Shown here piece after piece: positions 40,301-48,167 of a stretch of DNA of 64,000 nucleotides. The stretch comes from Betaproteobacteria bacterium (GTDB lineage: Bacteria > Pseudomonadota > Gammaproteobacteria > Burkholderiales > Usitatibacteraceae). The notes under the pieces were generated by a model that had not been told where the DNA came from, ran no database searches, and saw only the letters and a program-made list of their open reading frames with translations. Each line of letters starts with the position of its first letter. The first letter of the stretch is position 1. A program made the position numbers and the translations under genes. The stretch covers positions 3,431 through 67,430 of the forward strand of contig JADJMI010000018.1 of NCBI GenBank assembly GCA_016709665.1, given 5' to 3'.

Positions 40301-40740
40301 CGGGCGTGGGCGGCACGACGGGCGTGGGACTCGTCGAGGTGTTCGAGGTGGACGTTCCCGCCTCGCCGCTCGCCAACATCGCCACGCGCGGAAACGTCCG
40401 GACGGGAAGCGACGTGATGATCGCCGGCTTCATCATCCAGGGGGAGACGCCGCAGACCGTCGTGATCCGCGCGCGCGGCCCCTCGCTCGCGCCCTTCGGC
40501 TTCGCCGAGGTCCTCGCCGATCCCGTCCTGCAACTCTTCTCGGGCGCGACGCCGATCGCCACGAACGACGACTGGTCGCTCGCGGCCGATGCGCCGGCCA
40601 TCCTGGCGAGCGGCTTCGCGCCGGCCCACGCGCGGGAAGCCGCCATCCTCGTCACCCTCAACCCCGGCGCCTACACCGCCATCGTCTCGGGCGCCGGCGG
40701 TACCACCGGCATCGGGTTGGTGGAAGTGTTCGCGCGCTAA
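37369..40740 (+). CDS. Dual-propeller NHL/IPT secreted protein D with twin NISTR...EVF module
   Basis: Signal peptide MTVRWILRLLLSLSIVTMAMATSCSSQAAA (possible lipobox-like TSC). It has the same architecture as A-C. The twin module at ~39975..40737 ends GIGLVEVFAR-stop. Confidence 0.9.
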   Translation: MTVRWILRLLLSLSIVTMAMATSCSSQAAALDAVPDAVLGKPDFVTPAGGAASSTNLLRPGGLAEDPVSGELWVADPGANRVLRFASARAFANGEAANAVLGQADFSASAANRGGPAAAGTLARPSALAVDAARRLYVADTGNHRVLVFGPPYADGMAARVVVGQDDFAGALANRGAPAPTSESLAAPQGLALDLVGNLWVADTGNARVLQFSGYIEGQNRSPDGVLGQPGFTTAAANLTARGLSAPVGLAIDGDSHLWVVDRGHHRVLKYPPTPLLTTNAAAVGVLCQGDFVTAVSATSATGCLAPAGVAIDGEGRVHVTDSGNHRVLRFDAPAPGAAADAILGQALPGDGACNRGAIAPTDLSLCGPSSLGVDRRGNLLVADGGNGRLLRYDIPVRRARPVARATSPAALARNSPGATLTVDGERFTDDAVVLWNGLPRPTRFVSAHRLLADLPAADVAVAGPHAARVVTPAPGGGESADALVVDTYERAPFDAAADGVLGQPGFASGLALNRSVGAGQVGFFNASSLHDLMHFVTIDPVTGRVFANDAWAGRVLSWPNIAAVRDALPADVVIGKPDAFASQCDFLAPTASELCDAAQVAIDEAGRLYVAESIRHRVLRFDPPFATGMAASRVFGQAGSFATGESNLGGLGPASLDSPSGLAVHGRRLFILDGGNMRILVYDDPDARLAADAVIGQADFASAGFAPASATRFRSPYSGLATDREGRLFLADSHANRVLRFSPPFANDMAADLVVGQANFTGTGAGLSASRFDFPWAVALDESGALLVADRNNHRVLRFPAPLSDAMAATGVLGQAGFGTGVPSATSRTSLLHPVGIAADKQGNVVVIDSGRSRILAYDRPFASAAAPGRLVNLSTRMSVRTGDDVLIGGFVIGGTQPKNVVLRARGPSLAGVGVPNALLDPELRLFSGQTVIAANDTWSAAPNAAAIELGGFAPNHSHEAAILARLAPGAYTAIVSGVGGTTGVGLVEVFEVDVPASPLANIATRGNVRTGSDVMIAGFIIQGETPQTVVIRARGPSLAPFGFAEVLADPVLQLFSGATPIATNDDWSLAADAPAILASGFAPAHAREAAILVTLNPGAYTAIVSGAGGTTGIGLVEVFAR

Positions 40741-40937
40741 CCCCGGAACAGCCCCATGGACGATTTCGCCTGCTTCCTTCGCGCCTGCCTTGTCGTGCTC
40801 TCGACGGGCCTCTCGGCGCCGACCTTTCCCGCCGAACCCGGCACGGGGCCCGACGCAGGCCTGCCGGGCGGCGCGCGCACGTGCGATGTCCGGAATCCGC
40901 AGGCGGACGCGTGAGACCGGATGAAAGGAGATTTCCC

Positions 40938-41855
40938 ATGGCATCGATTCCCCAGTTACGCGGTATCCCGCCCCGCCCGCGACTCGCCCTCGCGGTGGGC
41001 AGCGGCGGCGTGCGCAGCGCCGCGGCACTCGGGCTCGCCGAGGTGCTCGCCGAGTCCGGGCTGCGTCCCGAGGCGATCGCCGGATGCGGCTCCGGCGCGC
41101 TCGTCGCCGCGGCGATCGCGCTCGGGTTCGAGCGCGACAGGTCCCTGGCGCTCGCGGCTAGCGCCTGGTCGGCCCGGATCGCGCGCAGGACGCATTGGCG
41201 GTCGTGGTGGCAGCTCGTCGCGCCCCGCCTCGCGGGCTTCGACGAGGACTTCGCGCTGCGCGACGACCGGCTGCTGCTCGGCGAACTCGGCAAGGCCTTC
41301 GGCGGCAAGCGCCTCGAGGAACTGCCGATCCCGCTGCGCGTCGCGGCCACCGATGCCGCGACGGGGCGCGCCGTGGCGATCCGCCAGGGCTCGGTGGTGA
41401 ACGCGCTCCGCGCGAGCGCGGCGACGCCGCTGCTGCATCGCGGCGCCGACGTCGAAGGGCGGCGCCTGGTCGACGGCGCCCTGAGCGATCCGCTCGCCCT
41501 CGGTGCCCTCGACGACGCGCCGGTGGTGATCGCGATGGGCTTCACCGGCATCGTGCCGCGCTGCATCGACGGGCCCTCGCAGCTCGTCGGGCAGGCCGCG
41601 ACGACGGTCGTGAACAACCTGCTGCTCGCGAAGCTCGAGGCGGCGCGCGCGTCGGGGCGGTGCATCGTCTACCTCGAACCGCGCTTCGACCGGCACGTCG
41701 GCCGCTGGGAGACCTCGGCCCTCGCGGAGATGCACGAGATCGGCCGCGAAATGGCGCGCGGGCGCGTGGGCGAGATCCGCCGGCTCGTCGAAGGCGCGGT
41801 CTCGATGGCCACGCAGCCCTCCCGCTTCCCCTTCCCGCCGAGAATCCACCTGTGA
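40938..41855 (+). CDS. Patatin-like phospholipase family protein
   Basis: GSGGVRSAAALG (Gly-rich oxyanion motif), GCGSGALVAA (nucleophile-elbow-like) and LVDGALSDP (catalytic Asp motif). An AAAGGAG ribosome-binding site lies 6 nt upstream of ATG 40938. Confidence 0.75.
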   Translation: MASIPQLRGIPPRPRLALAVGSGGVRSAAALGLAEVLAESGLRPEAIAGCGSGALVAAAIALGFERDRSLALAASAWSARIARRTHWRSWWQLVAPRLAGFDEDFALRDDRLLLGELGKAFGGKRLEELPIPLRVAATDAATGRAVAIRQGSVVNALRASAATPLLHRGADVEGRRLVDGALSDPLALGALDDAPVVIAMGFTGIVPRCIDGPSQLVGQAATTVVNNLLLAKLEAARASGRCIVYLEPRFDRHVGRWETSALAEMHEIGREMARGRVGEIRRLVEGAVSMATQPSRFPFPPRIHL

Positions 41856-42802
41856 ACACCCTCATCTCGCCGTCGGAGCCGCTGGGCTCGCCGTCGCGTT
41901 ACGCCCGCTGCATCGAGCTGTCGCAACGCATCCGCTGGGACATCGACCGGGACGTGCTGCGCGGCCGCCGCCTCGACCTTTCCCGGGACTTCCTGCCCGA
42001 GGGGCTCGCGCGCACGGCCGGGCTCGCCTTTCTCGCCAGCGACGAGCGGCGCCTGCTCACCCAGGTGCAGGGCCGCACCTACGCCAACATGTTCGCCCTG
42101 GTGGAGCGGTTCATCGGCGCGAAGATGCTCCAGCTCGCGTCGAACCATGCGCTGGGCGACCAGGTGGCCACGGAGGCGCTCGTGCGCTTCACCGAGGAGG
42201 AACTCAAGCACCAGGCGCTTTTCCGGCGCGTGGAGGCGCTCGCGGCCGATTGCATGATCGACGGCTATCGCTTCGTCGCCGATCCCGACGAGGTCGCGCG
42301 CTCGGTGCTCGGGGCGTCCGCCTGGGCCGTGCTCGCGCTCACCTGCCACATCGAGCTCTTCACGCAGGCGCACTACCGCGAGTCGCTCGAAGGGGACGAG
42401 AACCTCTCGCCGCTCTTCAAGGACGTCTTCCTCTACCACTGGCGCGAGGAGTCGCAGCACGCGATCCTGGACGAGCTGGAATGGCGGCGCGAGGATGCCC
42501 GGCTGGACCAGGCCGGGCGCGACCGGGCCGTCGACGAGCTGATCGCGCTCGTGGGGGCGGTGGACGCGATCCTCGCGCGGCAGGCCGCGGCCGATGCGGA
42601 TTATTTCCAGATCGCCTGCGCGCGCGTCTTCCCGGCCGCGGAGCGCTCGAGCCTCGCCGGCGCGATCCTGGCCGCCTACCGCGGGCAGTACATCGTCTCG
42701 GGGTTCCGCGAGCCGCGCTTCCGCAAGATCCTGCGCTCGCTCGTCACCGGCCACCAGCAGAGGCGCATCGAGTCGGCGCTCTCCCCGATCATGGACTTCT
42801 AG
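41852..42802 (+). CDS. Ferritin-like diiron-carboxylate protein (AurF/oxygenase-like)
   Basis: Two ExxH motifs (FTEEELKHQALF and WREESQHAILDE) sit in a helical protein. The GTG start overlaps the patatin stop (GTGA). Confidence 0.6.
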   Translation: MNTLISPSEPLGSPSRYARCIELSQRIRWDIDRDVLRGRRLDLSRDFLPEGLARTAGLAFLASDERRLLTQVQGRTYANMFALVERFIGAKMLQLASNHALGDQVATEALVRFTEEELKHQALFRRVEALAADCMIDGYRFVADPDEVARSVLGASAWAVLALTCHIELFTQAHYRESLEGDENLSPLFKDVFLYHWREESQHAILDELEWRREDARLDQAGRDRAVDELIALVGAVDAILARQAAADADYFQIACARVFPAAERSSLAGAILAAYRGQYIVSGFREPRFRKILRSLVTGHQQRRIESALSPIMDF

Positions 42803-43371
42803 GCGCCGGCCTCGCCCTCCCACCGCGCCGCGAACTCCGCCTCCGTGTACCGCGGCGTGATGTGCTGCGGGCAGTTCCAGTCGAAGGCTTCGACCGCGAT
42901 CACCACGGCCCGCTCGACGTGCGCGCGGTACGACGGGTCCTCCAGCTTCGCGACGAGGGCCGGGTCGTCGGCCGCATCCACGAGGCGGGCACGCCCGAGG
43001 ATCTTCAGGCGCCGGCGGTTCGCATAGTCCATGAGGATGAGCGAGATGCGCCCGTCGCCCGCGAGGTTGCCCGCGCTGATGTACTGCATGTTCCCGCGGA
43101 AGTCGGCGTAGGCGATCGTGCGTTCGTCCAGCACGCGCAGGAAGCCCGCGGGACCGCCGCGGAACTGCACGTAGGGCCAGCCGGTTTCGCTCACCGTGGC
43201 CTGGTAGAAGCCGTCGCGTTCGGCGATGAACTCGGCTTCGGCCTCGGTGAGGATCGTGCCGCGCTCGTCGACGGGATCGTCCGGGCGCGGGGCGCGCGTG
43301 CGGACGCCGCGGCTTTCCTGGAAGGCGCGCACGGCGGGGGTGAAGGCGATCTTGCCGAAAGGGCGGGGCAT
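42799..43371 (-). CDS. Pyridoxamine 5'-phosphate oxidase-like FMN-binding protein
   Basis: ERDGFYQATVSETGWPYVQFRGGPAGFLRVLDERTIAYADFRGNMQYISAGNL ... ISLILMDYANRRRLKILGRA matches the split-barrel PNPOx family pattern. Confidence 0.75.
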   Translation of the reverse strand: MPRPFGKIAFTPAVRAFQESRGVRTRAPRPDDPVDERGTILTEAEAEFIAERDGFYQATVSETGWPYVQFRGGPAGFLRVLDERTIAYADFRGNMQYISAGNLAGDGRISLILMDYANRRRLKILGRARLVDAADDPALVAKLEDPSYRAHVERAVVIAVEAFDWNCPQHITPRYTEAEFAARWEGEAGA

Positions 43372-43426
43372 GGCGGTCTCCTGGGGGGGGCGCGGGGCCG
43401 GCGCCGGGCCGGTCCCGCGGGGTGGG

Positions 43427-43987
43427 TCAGGCCGCGGCCTTCGCCGGGGTGTGGAGCAGCGCGACCTTCGGGAAGTCGATGTCGACCCGAACGGCCTTGC
43501 CGAGGATGTTGGTGAACACGTTGAGCGCCACGACGGCGATCACCTCGACGATCTCGGCGTCCGTGAGGCCGGCACGGCGCGCGGCGTCGAATTCGGTCGT
43601 GGTGATCTCGCCCAGGTTGTCGTTGAGCGTCTTGGCGAAGGCGACCGTCGCGGCGGCGCGCGTCTCGCCCGACGAACCGCGGCGGTTGAGCGCCATCTCG
43701 TCGTTCGTGAGGCCTGCGTGCCGGCCGATGGCGGTGTGCGCGGAGACGCAGTACTCGCAGGCGTTGCCTTCGGCGACGGCGAGGGCGATGCGTTCCTGCG
43801 TGGCCTTGTCGAGCGAGAAGCCGGCGGCCGCGCCGTACAGGCCGAGGAAGCCCTCGAGCGCCTTGGGCGAGTTCGCGAGGACGCGGATGAAGTTGGGCGT
43901 GACGCCCAGTTGCGCTTGCACGGCGTCGAGCAGGGCCTTGGCGGGCGCGGGGGCGGTCTTCGGATCGAGGGCGGGGAGGCGGGACAT
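43427..43987 (-). CDS. Carboxymuconolactone decarboxylase / AhpD-like family protein
   Basis: The AhpD-core CxxC motif is present (EGNACEYCVSAHT). The family-typical N-terminus is LDPKTAPAPAKALLDAVQAQLGVTPNFIRVLANSP. Confidence 0.8.
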   Translation of the reverse strand: MSRLPALDPKTAPAPAKALLDAVQAQLGVTPNFIRVLANSPKALEGFLGLYGAAAGFSLDKATQERIALAVAEGNACEYCVSAHTAIGRHAGLTNDEMALNRRGSSGETRAAATVAFAKTLNDNLGEITTTEFDAARRAGLTDAEIVEVIAVVALNVFTNILGKAVRVDIDFPKVALLHTPAKAAA

Positions 43988-44112
43988 GGCGGCTTTCCTT
44001 TCGGGTCGGGGTTGTCGGAAGTGACGGTGCCCATGGTGATTGCTTCCGCCTTCCGGGATAAATGCCCTGAATCGATCTGGATAGCTGCGAAAAATGGAGT
44101 AATCTCGCCGCC

Positions 44113-45021
44113 ATGGACAAGCTGCGGGCCATGGACACGTTCGTGCGCATCGTCGAGGGCGGCAGCCTCACGGCGGCGGCGGACGCCCTCCACACGTCGC
44201 TGCCGTCGGTCGTGCGGCAACTGGCGGCGCTCGAGGCCGCGCTCGACGTGCGCCTGCTCAACCGCACCACGCGGCGCCTCGCGCTCACCGACGAGGGGCG
44301 CGAATACTACGAGCACGCGAAGCGGCTGCTCGCCGACGTCGAGGATGCCGAGGCGGCGCTCTCGGCCCGTCGCGCGGAGCCGCGCGGCCGGCTGCGTGTC
44401 ACGGCGTCGGTGCTCTTCGGCCGCCTGCACGTGGCGCCCGCGCTCAACGCGTTCTGCGCGAGACATCCGGCCGTGCACGCGGAGCTCATCCTCCTCGACC
44501 GCCCCGTGGACCTGCTCGAGGAGGGCCTCGACGTCGCCGTGCGCATCGCCGCGATGCCGGATTCCTCGCTCGTCGCGGTGCCCGTGGGCGCGACGCGGCG
44601 GGTGGTGTGCGCGAGCCCGGCATACCTCAAGCGCCACGGCCGGCCCGCGTCGCCCGAGGCGCTGGCCGGACACCGCTGCGTGGGCTTTCGCGGGCTCGCC
44701 CCGGACCACGAGTGGCTCTTCGCGGACGGCCCGCGCGTCCGCCGCGTGAAGGTGGAGCCGGCGATCGCCTCCAACCAGGTCGACGTCGCGCTCGCCGCGT
44801 GCACCGACGGGCTGGGCCTGGGGCAGTTCCTCTGCTACCAGGTGAGCGCGGCGATCGCCGCGGGGGCGCTCGTGCGCGTGCTGGCGGCGCACGAACCGCC
44901 GGCGGTGCCGGTCCAGGTCATCTACCCGGGCACGCGCCGGATGTCGGCCAACGTGCGGGCGTGGGTGGATTGGCTCGCGCCGAGGTTGCGCAAGTCGCTC
45001 GCCGCCGGTTCGGTACAGTGA
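44113..45021 (+). CDS. LysR-family transcriptional regulator
   Basis: N-terminal wHTH MDKLRAMDTFVRIVEGGSLTAAADALHTSLPSVVRQLAALEAALDVRLLNRTTRRLALTDEG. It is divergent from the AhpD-like gene. Confidence 0.92.
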   Translation: MDKLRAMDTFVRIVEGGSLTAAADALHTSLPSVVRQLAALEAALDVRLLNRTTRRLALTDEGREYYEHAKRLLADVEDAEAALSARRAEPRGRLRVTASVLFGRLHVAPALNAFCARHPAVHAELILLDRPVDLLEEGLDVAVRIAAMPDSSLVAVPVGATRRVVCASPAYLKRHGRPASPEALAGHRCVGFRGLAPDHEWLFADGPRVRRVKVEPAIASNQVDVALAACTDGLGLGQFLCYQVSAAIAAGALVRVLAAHEPPAVPVQVIYPGTRRMSANVRAWVDWLAPRLRKSLAAGSVQ

Positions 45022-45051
45022 CGCGGACGCCACCCCGACCCGGAGCCCGCC

Positions 45052-45528
45052 ATGCCCCCCGAAGCCCCCCGCCCGCCGTTGCCCCCGTTCACGCGCGAGA
45101 CCGCCATCCGGAAGGTGCGGATGGCCGAGGACGCCTGGAACACGAAGGACCCCGTCCGCGTCTCGATGGCCTACACGCCCGACACCCGCTGGCGCAATCG
45201 CGCGGAGTTTCCCGTCGGACGCGAGCGGGTCGTCGAGTTCCTGACGCGCAAGTGGGCGAGGGAACTCGACTACCGCCTCATCAAGGAGCTGTGGGCCGTC
45301 GAGGGCAACCGCATCGCCGTGCGCTTCGCCTACGAGTGGCACGACGATTCCGGCCAGTGGTACCGCTCCTACGGCAACGAGAACTGGGAGTTCGACGAAG
45401 CCGGCTACATGGCGAAGCGATTCGCCAGCATCAACGACAAGCCCATCGCCGAGAGCGAGCGCAAGTACTTCTGGCCGGCCGGACGGCGTCCCGACGACCA
45501 TCCCGGCCTATCCGACCTCGGCTTGTGA
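45052..45528 (+). CDS. DUF1348 (NTF2/SnoaL-like) family protein
   Basis: [23 protein letters not shown] ... RWRNRAEF ... [43 protein letters not shown] is the characteristic DUF1348 pattern. Confidence 0.8.
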   Translation: MPPEAPRPPLPPFTRETAIRKVRMAEDAWNTKDPVRVSMAYTPDTRWRNRAEFPVGRERVVEFLTRKWARELDYRLIKELWAVEGNRIAVRFAYEWHDDSGQWYRSYGNENWEFDEAGYMAKRFASINDKPIAESERKYFWPAGRRPDDHPGLSDLGL

Positions 45529-45557
45529 CCGGCGCTATCAGGCATCGAAAGTCCGGC

Positions 45558-45586
45558 TTGACAGTTTGTGCGCTGCACCATAACTT
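45558..45586 (+). promoter_or_regulatory. Candidate sigma70 promoter (TTGACA-N17-TAACTT)
   Basis: TTGACA at 45558-45563, a 17-nt spacer, then TAACTT at 45581-45586. It lies ~190 nt upstream of the PanE-like gene. Sequence match only. Confidence 0.35.
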
Positions 45587-45775
45587 GATGCTTTAGCGTA
45601 CGCAGTCCTTCCGCGGCATCGGGGCCATCCGCCCCCCGCCGACGGCCCCGCCCCACCCAGGCGGCGAGAGACACCGGCGGCAGCTACTCCGCCCGACGCC
45701 CATGACCACAGTCTCGGATCCTGGTCCCCGCCCCTCCGCCCTCGAGCGGACCGGGGACCGTCTATTGGGGGAAAC

Positions 45776-46792
45776 ATGCGTTTCTGCATAGTCGGTGCCG
45801 GCGCCATCGGTGGCTTCGTCGGCGCGAAGCTCGCCCTGGCCGGCGAGGAAGTCACGTTCATCGCGCGCGGCAAGAACCTCGCCGCGATCAACGAAAAGGG
45901 CATGAGCGTCTTCTACCGCGACGGCCGCGAGGAGCACGCGACCATGGCCAAGGCGGAAGAGGACTACGCGAAAGCGGGAACCTTCGACGTCGTCATCCTC
46001 ACGCTGAAGGCGCACCAGGTGGGCGCCGTGGCCGAAAAGCTCGCGCCGCTCTACCACAAGGACACCGTGGTGATCCCGATGCAGAACGGGATCCCCTTCT
46101 GGTACTTCCACGACCACGGCGGCGAGCTCGCCGGGCGCACCGTCGAGACGGTCGATCCGGGCGGGGTGGTGAAGAACGCCATCCCCAAGGAGCGCATCAT
46201 CGGCTGCGTGGTCTACCCGGCCACGGAACTGGTGGAGCCCGGCCGCGTCGTGCACATCGAGGGCGACCGCTTCCCGCTGGGCGAGCTGGACGGCTCGACC
46301 ACCGAGCGCATCACGAGGATCACGGAGGCCTTCACGAAGGCCGGGCTCAAGAGCCCGATCCTGGAGAACGTGCGCGCCGAGATGTGGCTCAAGCTCTGGG
46401 GCAACCTCACCTTCAACCCGATCTCGGCCCTCACGCACGCCACGCTCCAGGACATCTGCGAGGACCCGTACGGCAAGGCCCTCGCCGCGCAGATGATGAT
46501 GGAGGCGCAGGCGGTGGCCGAGCACCTGGGCATCACCTTCCGCGTGCCGCTCGAGAAGCGCATCGAGGGCGCCCGCAAGGTGGGCAAGCACAAGACCTCC
46601 ATGCTGCAGGACGTGGAAGCCGGCCGCCCGGTGGAGATCGACGCGCTGGTGGGCTCGGTCGTCGAGCTGGGCGATCTCACGAAAATCCCGGTGCCCACGA
46701 TCCGCGCGGTGTTCCAGGCGGTGAAGCTGCTGGACAAGACGTATACCGACCAGGCCGTCAGTATTCGCGCGGTACAAACCGACGGAAGCTGA
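45776..46792 (+). CDS. 2-dehydropantoate 2-reductase (ApbA/PanE family)
   Basis: N-terminal Rossmann motif MRFCIVGAGAIGGFVGAKLA. The C-terminal family motif is KHKTSMLQDVEAGRPVEIDALVG. Confidence 0.85.
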   Translation: MRFCIVGAGAIGGFVGAKLALAGEEVTFIARGKNLAAINEKGMSVFYRDGREEHATMAKAEEDYAKAGTFDVVILTLKAHQVGAVAEKLAPLYHKDTVVIPMQNGIPFWYFHDHGGELAGRTVETVDPGGVVKNAIPKERIIGCVVYPATELVEPGRVVHIEGDRFPLGELDGSTTERITRITEAFTKAGLKSPILENVRAEMWLKLWGNLTFNPISALTHATLQDICEDPYGKALAAQMMMEAQAVAEHLGITFRVPLEKRIEGARKVGKHKTSMLQDVEAGRPVEIDALVGSVVELGDLTKIPVPTIRAVFQAVKLLDKTYTDQAVSIRAVQTDGS

Positions 46793-46841
46793 TCCCCGTC
46801 ACGACGGGCGTCGTGCCGACGTGCGACGCTGACGGACGGCC

Positions 46842-48084
46842 GTGAACGATCCCCGCACCGTCTTCCTCGCCTTCCTCACCAGCGTGGCCATCGGGCTGCT
46901 GGTGGGGCTCGAGCGCGAGCGCCACCCGGAATCCAAGGCGGGCATCCGCACCTTCGCCCTCATCTCGCTCGCCGGCGCCCTGTGCGCCATGCTGGGCGAG
47001 AAGGCCGGCTCGGCGTGGGTGCTGGTGGCGGGCCTCCTCGCCTGCGCCGGCGGCGTGCTGTCGGCCTACCGCGCCGACGGCGACGCGAGCTGGGATTCGG
47101 GCACCACCACCGTCGTCGCGGCCGTGGTCACCTACGGGCTGGGCGCGGCGACGTGGTACGGCTTCGAGGACCTCGCCGTCGCCCTCGCCATCGTCGTCAC
47201 GGTGCTGCTTCACTTCAAGGCGCAGATCGAGGGGTTCTCGGTGCGCCTCACCGCGAAGGACGTCGCGAGCCTGCTGCAGTTCGCGGTGCTCTCGCTCGTC
47301 ATCCTGCCGGTGGTGCCCAACGAGGGCTTCGGCCCCTACGGGGCGTTCAACCCCTACCACCTGTGGCTGATGGTCGTGCTCATCTCGGCGGTGAGCCTGG
47401 CGGGCTACCTCGCCTTCCGGCTCGCGGGCGGGCGGGCGCCGGCCCTGCTGCTGGGCGCGATGGGCGGCCTCGTCTCGAGCACGGCGACCACGCTCGTGTA
47501 CGCGCGGCGCGAAGGGCGGCCCGAGCTGAGAACACGGCGGCGACCGTGATCCTGCTCGCCAACCTCGTGGTGTTCGTGCGCATCGCGGTGCTCACGGCCG
47601 TGGTGGCCCCGGCGCTGCTGCCCGTGCTCGCGCCCGTGCTCGCCGCAGGCCTCGTCGCGACGCTGCCGGTCGCTTGGGTCACGTGGAAGCGCCACCAGGC
47701 CGAGGCGGGCTTCGCGAGCCCGGAACTCACCAACCCGACGGATCTCAAGGTGGCATTGGGCTTCGGCGTCGCCTACGCGGCGATCCTCGTCGCCGGCGCG
47801 TGGCTCAACGACGTGGCGGGCGCGCGCGGCCTGTACGGACTCGCCTTCGCCTCGGGCCTCACGGACGTGGACGCGATCTCGCTCTCGGCCATGCGCCTCT
47901 TCGGCGACGCCTCGATCCCGGCAGGCACCGCGGCCATGGCGATCGTGGTGGCGATCCTCTCCAACGTGATCGTGAAGGCCGGCATCGCGTTCGTGGCGGG
48001 CGGGGCGGCGCTCGGGCGGCGGTGCCTGGCGGGCTTCGGGCGATGGCGGCGGCCCTGGTGGTCTCGGCGCTCGTCGTCGGCTAG
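46842..48084 (+). pseudogene. MgtC/SapB + DUF4010 integral membrane protein, two frame breaks (~47505-47530 and ~48030-48042)
   Basis: VNDPRTVFLAFLTSVAIGLLVGLERERHPESKAGIRTFALISLAG (MgtC-type). The protein continues as ENTAATVILLANLVVFVRIAVL... in the frame of ORF 46982. The tail AMAAALVVSALVVG-stop is in the frame of ORF 47674..48084. Confidence 0.7.
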
Positions 48085-48167
48085 CCGGGCCCCATTCGCG
48101 CCCCCGGGAGGCGGGCCCGTATAATTGACGGTTGCTTCCCGCCCCCCAATCCCACAAGGAAAACCCC

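Noticed and set aside
40756-40914. 52-aa ORF (MDDFACFLRACLVVLSTGLSAP...) between paralogue D and the patatin gene
   Set aside because: It is short and has no ribosome-binding site or recognisable motif. It could be a small lipoprotein-like peptide, but the evidence is insufficient.
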